Assembly: GCA_951406725.2 (NCBI GenBank)
Contig: OX597820.1
Location: 79,980,001 to 80,044,000 of the forward strand
Origin: Octopus vulgaris
Taxonomy: Eukaryota
Direction of reading: 5' to 3'
Length of the DNA stretch: 64,000 nucleotides
The position numbers and the translations under genes are program-made. Below are positions 1 to 11,710 of this stretch, piece after piece (the stretch's first letter is position 1; the number at the start of each line of letters is the position of its first letter). The notes under the pieces were generated by a model, which made no database searches, had not been told where the DNA came from, and saw only the letters and a program-made list of their open reading frames with translations.

Positions 1-150
1 TGACTATGATGCTTCCCCACTACTTCTGCTCATGATCAGAGATGCGCATATCGTCAGCCACTAAGGGACATGCTCAACTGGTTAAGGTCAAACAACTGAC
101 AAGCAAATCTGTGGTATTGAGCAGAATATTTGCTGTAGTCCATCTTTTAA
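1..150 (-). mobile_element. Fragment of ~560-bp non-coding (TAA)n-embedded retroposon (T560 family), running off the window edge
   Basis: Reverse complement of part of the copies at 41617-42171 and 58249-58762; abuts (TTA)n. Confidence 0.85.
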
Positions 151-428
<278 letters not shown>

Positions 429-984
429 CTAGCACTGTGAATCACTGAATGGGCAATGAATCAGGAACTGAAATCTCAGCCACATTCGACGTTGTCTCCA
501 AACTTGCGAAGACACTGATGCGCAGTTGTGTCTGTGTCTTTGACTTCCTTTGAAACTAAGCCTGTCTTGTAGAAAGTGCAGACTTACTGCATGGGCAAAT
601 GTTGGTATTTTAGGCATGCGCCCTGGAGACGGCACATCACGGCGATCTTCAGACTCATTCTGAAGTAAGACTGCAAGTTCAGTTCCATGATCTGCTCTGG
701 TCACACACGCCGTACATCTTCTGCTGAAGTACAGTCGATGTTTAGAAGATGATGACTTGGTTTTGCCTTACTGGTCTGGACATATTCTTGAGTGTGAATG
801 CCTAACAACAGACAGGCAGTATTTGTTAAAACGAAAGAGGGGGGTCAAACACGATAACTAACTGACAGCCATCATATATGTATGTATACAAGAGGTAGCC
901 AGATTCTGCTTAAGGAGTAGACAACCACCATGTGTGTGCATGTGTATGTGTGTGTGTGTATGTCTCTCCTATTTTTTAATCATT

Positions 985-1375
985 ATAAATCTTCCATTGA
1001 GGTGGAAGCCGGTTTCCAACAAAGATACAACGCTCTATCTTTGGGATGTATTTAACATAGACAAATTCACATTTGGAACTTGAGAAAAGTCTTGCATATT
1101 TTTATTGTTCTACTTACTGATCGCACTTGTAACGTACGAATTAGCCGGTCGATTTCTCTTTCTGAAAATCCCAGTTTATCTAGATTTTCCTTTAAGCATT
1201 TACTAACAAAACCTAGTGCTCCAATAATTATTGGTATGAATATGAATTCATAGTTTGGATAAAGAAGCAGGAGGTTTCGAAGCAGTTGTCGATAGATATC
1301 CTCTTTTTCTTTGATTTTCAAAGAGATATTTATGTCTGCTGCGCAGCTGACCTCTATGACGGTATTTACCTTTGC
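985..1375 (-). mobile_element. 3' fragment of RLE-type non-LTR retrotransposon (end of restriction-like endonuclease plus 3'UTR)
   Basis: ORF 1067-1321 KIKEKEDIYRQL...IPIIIGALG...KICKTFL, preceded by VIEVSC..D; matches the K..KY..L / P.IIGALG tail of RLE LINEs. Confidence 0.8.
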
Positions 1376-1407
1376 CCCACTGTCTCAACCTAAAATATCC
1401 GGCCTTT

Positions 1408-1840
1408 TATGTATGTATGTATGTATGTATGTATGTATGTATGTATGTATGTATGTATGTATGTATGTATGCATGCATGCATGCAAGTACGTATGTATGA
1501 ATGTAAGTATGTGTTTGCATGTATGTATGTATGAATGTATGAGTGTATGTATATATGTATTTCGGTATGAATGAATGTATGTAAGAATGTGTGTATGTAT
1601 ATTTATGAATGTATATATGTATAGATATATGAATGAATACATGCATGTATGTTTGTATTTACGTATGTATGCATGAATGAATTAATGTATGTATTTATGA
1701 TGTATGTATTTGTCTTGAACATGAATCTACAGTGCAGCAGTATGCATGTATGTGTATGTGTGCATATGTGTATGTGTGCATACGTGTATGTGTGTGCGTA
1801 TGTGTATATGCATGTGCGTATGTGTATATGTGTGTTTGTC
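1408..1840. repeat. (TATG)n / (TG)n degenerate microsatellite
   Basis: Direct reading. Confidence 0.95.
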
Positions 1841-2029
1841 GGCGAGAAATATATACATCAACGTACACAAAGAAAATTATCGACAAACTGATAGGTCAGA
1901 CAAAAATTCCTGGCGATGTTTATTCCATCCGAATTGCACAGACAGTCTATTTCAACCTTTGCTCTCAGGAAATACAGCGCTTTTGTTCATAAAATGTATC
2001 ACACACACACACACACAACGCACATTAGG

Positions 2030-2226
2030 TCATTAAATTGCGGCCATGCTGGGGCACCGCATTGAAAAGTTTTAGTTGAACGAATCGACCCAAATACTGT
2101 TTTTTCTAAGATAGGAACTTATCCTATCGGTTTTTGTTGCCAAACCGCTAATTTACGGTCAAGTAAATACACCAACGCCGGTTGGCAAGCGGTGGTAATG
2201 GGGGTGGGGTAAATACAGACATAAAG

Positions 2227-2255
<29 letters not shown>
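2030..2255 (-). mobile_element. SINE family S2, 3' half
   Basis: gcggccatgctggggcaccgc...gccaaaccgctaa shared with the fuller S2 copies, e.g. 61900-62325. Confidence 0.8.
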
Positions 2256-2257
<2 letters not shown>

Positions 2258-2329
2258 TATCTGATACTTGTCCTCTCACCTGTCTCTGTTTTCTCTCTTT
2301 TGTTTTCTGTACATATGATTTATATGTAC

Positions 2330-2527
2330 AGAAAACGGAACAGCCTGCTCGTGAAATTGGCTGAGTACTCCACAGACACGTGCACCCTTAACGTAGTTCT
2401 CAGGGAGATTCAGCGTGACATAGAGTGTGACAAGAGTGGCCCTTTTGAAATAATACAGGTACACCAGAAAAAGGAAGAACGAGTGAGAGAAAGTTGTGGT
2501 GAAAGAATGGAGCTTTAGGTGTTTTCG

Positions 2528-2530
<3 letters not shown>
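2330..2530 (-). mobile_element. SINE family S3 variant fragment
   Basis: gagtgagagaaagttgtggtgaaag...gagctttaggtgttttcgctca shared with 23975-24255; cagggagattcagcgtgaca matches 48080-48400 in reverse. Confidence 0.75.
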
Positions 2531-2588
<58 letters not shown>

Positions 2589-2615
2589 ATGTGTATATAC
2601 ATTTACATATACATA

Positions 2616-2702
<87 letters not shown>

Positions 2703-2724
2703 CATACATACATACATACATACA

Positions 2725-2800
<76 letters not shown>

Positions 2801-3074
2801 TATGTATGTGTGTGTTTTTGTTTATGTATGTGAATGTATTAGGCAGTAAGAGCAAGAAAGATAAAGGTAAATAAATTGATAGATAGATAAGGAAAGAGAG
2901 AGCGAGATGGAGGAGAGGCACAAAGAGAAATAATAACCAGAGTGCACCAGGTTATTCGCTGTTGGCATTCACTTTTGTTAGGCCGGGAATCGTGTCACTG
3001 TACGTAGATTGAATAGAGTTGTATCAACATATTATTGAAAGTTTAGTAGTAAAGATGGAGTCGCTGATCTAAGA

Positions 3075-3111
3075 ATATCTGAAGAAGGAATATTATTCCG
3101 AAATATCATAT
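3075..3111 (+). ncRNA. Minimal type-I hammerhead ribozyme motif (family E), core intact
   Basis: atat-CTGAAGA-a-GGAAT att ATTCC-GAAA-ta-TC-atat: 4-bp stem I, 5-bp stem II, AUC triplet, palindromic ATAT in place of stem III. Confidence 0.6.
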
Positions 3112-3505
3112 AAGACTATGGATGACTAAATTATTACAGGTATATGCAGCCCATTGTCTGTATTATTGTGCATTGTTGTACCATTCAAAACTTATTATTC
3201 TTTACAAACAATACACAATGCTTCAAGCGAACTACAATACTCTCCTAAAGTTTAGTAGCTTTTATTCTTATCATAACCAGGAAATAGTCGGAGCGGACAT
3301 TTCTCAGTGTCTAGCTCAGTGATTTATGATTTTACCTTGCTTCTTCAGAAATAGTTCCAGTTAGCGTTTTTAAGCAGACTTTAAATCGGAAAGGTCATGC
3401 TGAAGTAGGACCATAAACTAGATTCCATTCCACACCAATGTATTTTTTGCTACATGGTCTGCAAATGGAGCAGCCCATGAATGTTGCAATTTATCATAAA
3501 ACTTA

Positions 3506-4010
3506 AGGCGGCGAATTGGCAGAAACGTTAGCCGAGCGAAATGCTTAGCGGTATTTCGTCTGCCGTTACGTTCTGAGTTCAAATTCCGCCGAGGTCGACT
3601 TTGCCTTTCATCCTTTCGGGGTCGATAAATTAAGTACCAGTTATGCACTGGGGTCGATGTAATCGACTTAATACCTATGTCTGTCCTTGTTTGTCCCCTC
3701 TGTGTTTAGCCCCTTGTGGGTAATAAAGAAATAGGTATTTCGTCTGCCGCTACGTTCTGAGTTCAAATTCTACCGAGGTCGACTTTGCCTTTCATCCTTT
3801 CGGGGTCGATTAAATAAGAACCAGTTACGCACTGGGGTCGATATAATCGACTTAATCCGTTTGTCTGTCCTTGTTTGTCCTCTCTGTGTTTAGCCCCTTG
3901 TGGTTAGTAAAGAAATAGGTATTTCGTCTGCCGTTACGTTCTGAGTTCAAATTCCGCCGAGGTCGTCTTTGCCTTTCATCCATCCGGGGTCGATTAAATA
4001 AGTACCAGCT
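3506..4010 (+). mobile_element. SINE family S1 (tRNA-like head), tandem array of about three units
   Basis: Head ggcggcgaattggcagaaacgttagc with B-box-like gagttcaaatt; ggtatttcgtctgccg...gcctttcatcctttcggggtcgat recurs at ~3550, ~3735 and ~3918. Confidence 0.9.
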
Positions 4011-4177
4011 GAACGTCTGTCATGTTTTATAAAGAGTATAGATTCAAGTGCTACAGTCAACCTTCGAATTTTCTCTATTCAAAAAGTCTTTCAACTCAAT
4101 ATTTACACGCTTTTCTTTATAGCTTTATTTACATCGAGTTCAATCGTTAAAAGCGAAATATTACGTTGGAAAATTCT

Positions 4178-4303
4178 ACTTGTTTAAGTCATTAGATTGC
4201 GGCCATGCTGGGGCACCACCTGAAGCAATCTTTTAGTCGAATGAATCGACCCTGCAGTACTAACTCTTTTTTTGCTGAACCGTAAATACATCAATACCGG
4301 TTG

Positions 4304-4339
<36 letters not shown>

Positions 4340-4610
4340 GCGCACACACATCCTTCTCCTCCTCTTCATCATCATCACGCTGGACGAAATGCTTAGCGGC
4401 ATTTCGCCCGTCGTTACATTCTGAGTTCAAATTCCATCTTTGATTTTCCTCCTTTCGGAGTCGATAAAATTACACACACGCACACATGTTATTATTACTA
4501 AAGGCTTCTTCCAGTTTTTGTCTACCAAATCCACTGCCAAGGCTTTGGTCGACCCGGGAGTATAGCATAAGGCACTTGGCCAAAGTGTTACGCTGTGGGA
4601 TTGAACCCAG
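4178..4610 (-). mobile_element. Degenerate SINE S2 with a nested S1 fragment (~4375-4470, + strand)
   Basis: S2 tail and head motifs flank (CA)n and an S1 piece. Confidence 0.75.
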
Positions 4611-5063
4611 CTAAAAAAACAAAAGAAGAAAAAAGAAAATAGATGAAAAAGCCGCTGGTCGCAGCTTTGGTGTGTTTAAAGAGAGCCGGTCTGGATAAAA
4701 TAACACCACCAACAAAGGACTTATTGATTGGTTGTGCTGTCCAGTATATGAATTTTAATGGAAAGTCTACTGTGATGGCTGCAGCAGTGAGAACAAAAGT
4801 GATTCGAAAAGTATGGATTTTATGCGATTCATTGAGTTCCGACACAGCTGTTATGAAGTAAAAAAAAACTCACTACAATCGATTTTCTTTTTATGTTCAA
4901 ATTGTCGATAAAGAAAAATAAAACAGCCACAATATTGTGGAGTCTATCATAAGTAGACATTTTATATTCTATAATACTGCTTAAGCGTTTAGAGTTCTGA
5001 CTAAGCTGTGGTTTCACTCAGGACTTCTGACAACGCTATACACTTAATAGATATATGAATATA

Positions 5064-5270
5064 AGGCGGCGAGTTGGCAGAAGCGTTAGCACGCCAGGCA
5101 AAATGTTTCGAAGCATTTCATCTGTCTTTACGTTACGAGTTCAAATTCCGCTGAAATCAACTTTCATCGTTTCGGCGTCGATAAAATAAAGTATCAGTCA
5201 AGTACTGGGATCAATGTAAGCAATTTATTCCACCCATAAAATTGCTGGCCTTGTGCCAAAATATGAAGCC
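5064..5270 (+). mobile_element. SINE S1
   Basis: aggcggcgagttggcagaagcgttagcacgcc...gagttcaaattccgc. Confidence 0.85.
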
Positions 5271-5454
5271 AATGTGTGTGTGTATTTTCTTTAATACTTT
5301 ACCGTTTACTTATTCTAGTCATTGAACTGCGACCGTGCTGGTGCACCGCTCGGGAGGGCTCACAAGTACCCCTCAACCCACAAAAAGTACCCCTCACAAG
5401 TACCCTTCTACCCACAAAAAATGAAGCAAAACATTAGAAAGAGCCAATTAGATA

Positions 5455-5868
5455 TTAGTAAATGTCTATAAAAGAGGTAGGGTAGGGGTGACATTGATTC
5501 ATGACGTTGTTACCAGTTAAAGGAGCATACACTGTGAAAATTAAGATGATACCTTGATTGAGATCTAGGAAAACATTAGGGACTCAGTGGGACCCCTATG
5601 ACCCCCATTGTGTTCCATGCCACTTTAAACATTGTAGGCTATTCTTCTCTTAACTTTTCTTGCTGCAATGGTGACAACATGAAATTTTCTCATCTTCTTG
5701 CTCTGTTAAAATATTTAAGAAAAATTAAATTAATATATCTTGCCTGTTGAAAATCCATATTTCTTGCAGCTGAAGATAGCGCTGCATTGATGTAATGCTT
5801 GCATTGTTCAGTTAAATGGAGGCACTTGAAACGGCCGTACTGCAATACTACTTGACATCCTGTTACTT
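5455..5868 (+). mobile_element. Non-coding HHR-bearing element, family C (Penelope pLTR / retrozyme-like)
   Basis: 5590-5865 is homologous to 18650-18925; 5461-5488 matches 17081-17110; ends in an HHR. Confidence 0.7.
5764..5845 (+). ncRNA. Type-I hammerhead ribozyme, family C, core intact
   Basis: TTGCAG-CTGAAGA-[long imperfect stem II]-GAAAC-GGCC-GTA-CTGCAA: perfect 6-bp stem I, palindromic ACGGCCGT, GUA triplet. Confidence 0.8.
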
Positions 5869-5920
5869 CATTATTTACATTATTTACATTTGACGGATAT
5901 TTGTCCTCATCTTTGTTGCT

Positions 5921-5966
5921 AATACAATGTTTCGGCTAATATACCCTCCAGCCTTCATCAGGTGTC
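5921..5966 (-). ncRNA. Minimal hammerhead ribozyme, family A (left arm)
   Basis: Reverse complement gacac-CTGATGA-a-GGCTG..TAGCC-GAAA-ca-TT-gtatt; core intact, one stem I mismatch, palindrome decayed. Confidence 0.7.
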
Positions 5967-6013
5967 CTGGGGAAATTTCGAACCTGGGTTCTCATTCCTA
6001 AGTCATTTTGCGA

Positions 6014-6073
<60 letters not shown>

Positions 6074-6078
<5 letters not shown>

Positions 6079-6150
6079 TCACTGCCTAGAATCGAAATCG
6101 GAATTTTGGGGTTAGTAACCCGGGCTCTTAACAACTACACCATATGCCTG
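6074..6150 (-). ncRNA. tRNA-like (Pol III A/B box) module inside the family A element; not a functional tRNA
   Basis: Reverse complement ggtgtagttgttaagagcccgggttactaaccccaaaattccgatttcgattctaggcagtgacctg; second copy at 44471-44541 has the clearer B box gagttcgattcc. Confidence 0.65.
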
Positions 6151-6220
6151 AATAATAATAATAATCATAATAATAATAACAACAACAACAACATCAATAA
6201 TAATAATAATAATAATAATC

Positions 6221-6288
<68 letters not shown>

Positions 6289-6363
6289 AATGATAATAAT
6301 AATGATAATGATAACATCGAAAAATACCTTAGGAATGAGAACCCAGGTTCGAAATTTCCTCAA

Positions 6364-6409
6364 GACACCTGATGAAAGCTGGAGTGTATACCAGCCGAAG
6401 CGTTGTGTT
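6364..6409 (+). ncRNA. Minimal hammerhead ribozyme, family A (right arm), GAAA>GAAG
   Basis: gacac-CTGATGA-aa-GCTGG agtgtata CCAGC-c-GAAG-cg-TT-gtgtt. Confidence 0.7.
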
Positions 6410-6519
6410 AACAACAAACAAGATGAGGACAAATATCCGTCAAATGTAAATAACGTAAATAATGTACATAATTCCTCATCTCTTAAATCTAGAACTGTAT
6501 TATAGTGTTACTTATTTTG

Positions 6520-6563
<44 letters not shown>

Positions 6564-7467
6564 TGCATACATACGTACATACATTCATCCATACATATGT
6601 ATGTATGTTAAAGATTTATAATAATTAAAAAATAGAAGAGACATACTAATAAGTTTATGTTTGTCTCTGTGTAAAGCTATGTAAAAATATCCCAGACATA
6701 ATTCATGTAATTTTACGGAACATAGGGTTTCAAAAAATGTCTGCGGAATCGATTTACTTGAGAGATGTTCATAGAAATAATCCATCGAATCTATTAAACA
6801 TAATGGTTGGCCTTTCGCAAAAAAGGTTGAAGTCGTCTTTTGAGGAATGATCTCGGTAATTTTTCGATATATTTCCTGAAATATTCATTGAAAAGATTCA
6901 TCATGGGGAAATAATTCAGTTTAAAAGTACTTAGCAAATGAAGTCGTTCTTTAAAGAATGACATTTAGAAGTCCTAATGATAGCATCAACTCTTTTTTAT
7001 GCCATAGGTGAACTGATATAATATAATATGGCATGATATAATATGATGTAGCATCCAAGTGCGGTGGGGAGCAAGTGGTGTCGGTAGTATAGTGGATGAA
7101 ATACTTTGAAGTTTTCGGTTCCGTCTGTTTTACCATTCCAACTCAAAATCCCGCCGGGGCCGATTTTGCTTTTCATCGTTCTCTGGGTTGATGAGATAAA
7201 CGCGCAGTCATGGAAATATTCGTATCGAGTTATTTAATTGCGTCTTTTAACGAAATTTTTTTTCTTCAACAAATCTTAGAAAATTATGATTAGGATTGTA
7301 TACAGAATCTGGGCAAAATAAGGTTATTGTTGGTGTTGGTAGTGGTGGTGCTGCTGCTAGAAAAAATTGAATATTGATTCATTTAACCGCACTATTTCCA
7401 TAAAAATGTGTCTTGTGTCAATGTTAAAAAAATCATCATCATCATCATCTTATTATTATTATTACTA

Positions 7468-7665
7468 AGGCGGCAAGCTGGCCGAATCGTTAGCACGCTG
7501 GATGAAATGCTTAGTGGCATTTCGCCCGTCGTTACGTTCTGAGTTCAAATTCCACCTTTGCCTTTCATCCTTTCGGAATCGATAAAATTAGTACCAGTTA
7601 CACACTGGAGTCGATGTAATATTATTATTAATCCCTTCCCTCAAATTTGAGGCCTCGTGATTCCA

Positions 7666-7667
<2 letters not shown>
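7468..7667 (+). mobile_element. SINE S1
   Basis: aggcggcaagctggccgaatcgttagcacgc head plus the central domain. Confidence 0.85.
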
Positions 7668-7719
<52 letters not shown>

Positions 7720-7724
7720 GGCAT

Positions 7725-8372
7725 TATTATGTGATGAAAACACACAGCTTATTTTGCTGGGTATTGTGGAAAGTGTCAGCTGTCCACAGCCAGCAGACTA
7801 AGGTGACACTTGTTTACTAGTCATGCTTCAAGTACCCTGCGAAGAATTCTTGCAGTTCCAAGCAATACTGGTTTTTGTAGGTGTTCTACCTTCACACTTA
7901 CATCGACCTTTTCCAGCCATGCTGGTTGGTGACTGCTGATACTTCCAAGTATGTAAATTACTATTGATATCATGTCTACTCTCTTCATTGACCACAACCT
8001 TCGTATTTCCCACTTCAAATTGTCGTAGTTGTTTATCTTTTCTTCTTCTTTCACATTGAACATGTTGTCCCCGGGGCATGCTATGTCGATTATCATACAT
8101 GTTCTTTCTTTTTTATTTAGCACAACAATGTACCGGTTTCCGATATCTGGTCGGGTGATCGCTATGGACCATTGTATCCCAGAGGATTTTGCAATTCTCA
8201 CTTACGGTCACTCCTGGAGTTTTCTTATATCACCTCTTTGCTCTTTGTAGGCCGTAATTTCCACAGAGTTCTCAATGGATCATTTTTGCCACATTGTCAT
8301 GGCGTCGTTTGTATTCGCGTTGTGCTAATTTCGGGCATTCGCTAACGATGTGCCATACCATTTCACTCCTCT
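7725..8372 (-). mobile_element. RLE-type LINE 3' fragment (CCHC knuckle end plus RLE), frameshifted
   Basis: HIVSECPKLAQREYKRRHDNVA; CMIIDIACPGD...KEEEKINNYDNLKWEIRRLW...LLGTARILRRVL; 3' end abuts a TAA-type repeat. Confidence 0.9.
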
Positions 8373-8575
8373 TAATATTGAAAAGAGAATCAAATCAATT
8401 CTATGGTTCGGGTCCCGCTTAACAACTTGTTGAATCAAACTGATTAAACAAGTTATGTGAACATGGAAGTCTTACTCAACAGAAAGTTAAAAATATATTT
8501 TGTACGCATACACACAGACATACATACAAGCATACACACTCATTTATATGTATATATACATATATACCCTATAAT

Positions 8576-8607
<32 letters not shown>

Positions 8608-9004
8608 CCCTATAATATATTAATGCTCACGAGATAGATTTTCGATGAAACAATTGTAAATCAAAGGAATAAAGGGACTTATGTACTCCATTCTCTTTGG
8701 TTACAATTACAGAAGCGAAGCAGATTTTTGTGGATTTTCTGACATGTGTTTGCCATAACAAATAATCTCCGGATTACCATCTGTCTGATACCCGACATCC
8801 GTGTGTGTGCTTTACAGGGTTAATACCCATATATGTATATATAATCAATTCAAATAAGCAATCGATTCACAATAAACGAATATTAATATTAACGGACTAC
8901 AAAAAGATCTGCAAAAGGAATATATCAGCTTGACGCTCGGTGAAAAGAGGGAGTTTGACGTTTAGAGCATAGCTTTTTAAGAAGGAAAAGAAATCGCCAA
9001 CAGC

Positions 9005-9290
9005 ACGTGTGCGTGTGTGTGTGTGTCTGTGTGTGCGTGTGTATGGGTGCGTGTGTGCGTGCGTGTGTGCGTGTGTGTGTGTGAGTGTGAGTGCATGTGC
9101 ATGTGTGTGCGCGTGTGTGTGCATGTGCGTGTACGCGTGCGTGTATGTGCTCGTGTGTGCGTGCGTGTTTGCGTGCGTTCGCGTGTGTGCGTGTGCATGC
9201 GTGCGAGTATGTGCTCGTGTGTGCGTGCGTCTTTGCGTGCGTTCGCGTGTGTGCGTGTGCATGCGTGTGTGTGTGAGTGTGTGTGTGTGT
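9005..9290. repeat. (TG)n/(TGCG)n compound repeat
   Basis: Direct reading. Confidence 0.95.
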
Positions 9291-9536
9291 ACAATTCTAT
9301 GTAGCGTATGATGTTGGCATAGCTTGGAACGTGAAAAGTGTTTGGCTGCAGCAACTGTCTCAGGAGAGTAATTCTCCTTATGAATAGTGTGTGAGAAAAA
9401 CACACCACTGGGGCATCGATGACGTCAGTGGATCATAGAAACACGTGTCTCACCATATTTAATTGAAAATAATTATATTATCGTAATTGCAACAACTACC
9501 TCTTCATTTATACAAGTTTGCAACTTAGCCTCTACA

Positions 9537-10000
9537 TGTGTGGTAAGTAGCTTGCTTACCAACCACATGGTTCCGGGTTCAGTCCCACTGCGTGGCATTT
9601 TGGGCATGTTTCTTCTGCTATAGCCTCGGGCCGACCAATGCCTTGTGAGTGGATTTCATAGACGGAAACTGAAAGAAGCCCGTCGTATACACACACACAC
9701 ACACATACACACACATATATATATATATATACAGAGAGAGAGAGAGAGAGACTGAGAGAGAGAGACTGAGAGAGAGAGAAAGAGAGAGATGACTGTATTT
9801 GTGTGTGTTCTCTCTATCTCTTGACAGTTTTTGTTTCTTTGCGTTCCCTTAACGTAGCGGTTCGGCATAAGAGAAACCGATAGACTAAGTACAAGATCTA
9901 AAGGAAAAATAATCACTAGGGTTGATTTGTTCGCTTAAAACCTCTAATGTAGTGTCCCAGCAGCATGGCTGCCATCCAATGACTCAAGCAAGATAAAGGT
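9537..10000 (+). mobile_element. SINE S2 with internal microsatellite
   Basis: tgtgtggtaagtagcttgcttaccaaccacatggttccgggttcagtcccactgcgtggca head; S2 tail motifs. Confidence 0.9.
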
Positions 10001-10679
10001 AAAAAATAAATTATATATATTTTCAGATTTATGTACCATAAAATTGAGTAGGAATCGATACATATCAATTAGTTAATTATGATTTGGTTATGTGAGAGAA
10101 GAAGATAGTTTTCAATATTTCAATCCATAAACGTACACATATTTAAGAAAGAAAGTCTGAAAGACGTTAAAATTTAGAGTGAGAAGAATTCTTGATTTCA
10201 ACCATAATAGCATAAAATATATTCTTGGTAATGTTGTTAGTAATGGAGCTGATAAAAGTTTGTAGAAGAAACAACGGTGTGAAAATCACTGCCTGGGGGT
10301 ATTTTTTGAGGATTTGAATTAGTTAACCTCATAATAGTTTTGCGGTCAGAGAAAATTGCATTTGAAGAAATATTATTTAAGAACTTAATATTCAAATCAC
10401 TTCAGCTGTGATAAGCTCCAGTTCCACTTCATCAAAAGGAGTGAATGAAGTGATAAAGAGGGGAGAGAGTGGGGGAGAGAGGAAGGGAGGGAGGCAGAGA
10501 GGGAGAGAGAGAAGTGAGGGAGGGATAGAAAGACAGAGAAAGAGAGAAAAAGAGAGAGAGAGGACGGACTGACGGAGCGAGGGACAGAGAGAGGGCGTAC
10601 TGAGGGAAAAAGAGGGTGGGAAATAGAGAGAAAAGAAAGAGGGATAGTAAGAGAGAGTGAGGGGGGAATCGAAGTGCAC

Positions 10680-10725
<46 letters not shown>

Positions 10726-11289
10726 GCGGGGAGATTTTCGCGTGCTTAGACTGGATTTGATCACGCGACAGGCCGATGTAACAAGATGTTTTTTCAAAAT
10801 GGTGTCAGTCACATGTGAAAGCGCGCGCGTATGTGTGTATGTTTAACTAAATCTATGTATGTGTTTGTAATCTCGTATAAGTAATTAATTCTAAAAAATT
10901 AACCGCAATATTTAATTTCATTATATCTACATACATTTTCTTGTATGTATATGTGTAAATATACACATACGTATATACATACATACATACGTATATACAT
11001 ACATACATACATACATACATACATACATACATACATACATACATACATACATGCATACATACATACACATACATACATCGTGCATACATATATATACATA
11101 CATGCTTGTGTATTTATGCCCCACTGGTTGCGAATGCATACGTTCTCTTACTCGGGTGTTTATATCGTATCACATCTGCATGCATGCGTGCGTATATTTA
11201 TGTATATGCATGTATGTATGTATGTATGTATGTATATATATATATATTATAAGAACTTATATTATATGTATATATATATAGCCTCAGAG

Positions 11290-11403
<114 letters not shown>

Positions 11404-11439
11404 CATACATATCTTTCAACTTACCTACCTACCTACTTC

Positions 11440-11531
<92 letters not shown>

Positions 11532-11654
11532 GTAAATTAGTGAAGGAAGAATGAAAGAGAATTCTGCGACTGAACTGCGCGCAACACCGAGGTACGTCGG
11601 GTCTGAAGCGCCTTAATCGAGGAGAGTTGCAATGCAGAGAGTAGCATAGAATGG

Positions 11655-11710
11655 GGTTTCTATGAGTCATTCCCCCATATATGGCCCGGTTCCCTAAGAG
11701 TATAAGAAGT
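11655..11710 (+). promoter_or_regulatory. Candidate promoter/enhancer: AP-1 site, CArG box and TATA-like motif
   Basis: TGAGTCA 11663-11669, CCATATATGG 11675-11684 and TATAAGA 11701-11707 lie within a GC-richer stretch with no other copy in the window. Confidence 0.35.

Larger units (their letters stand above)
5870..6497. mobile_element. Fold-back element, family A: inverted HHR-bearing arms (5870-6002 and 6328-6497) around (TTA)n, a tRNA-like core and (AAT)n
   Basis: The arms are reverse complements over ~130 bp; arm plus core recur at 44305-44542. Confidence 0.8.

Noticed and set aside
429-800. 91-aa minus-strand ORF and its surrounding sequence
   Set aside because: No recognisable domain in the frames read, and no clear splice signals
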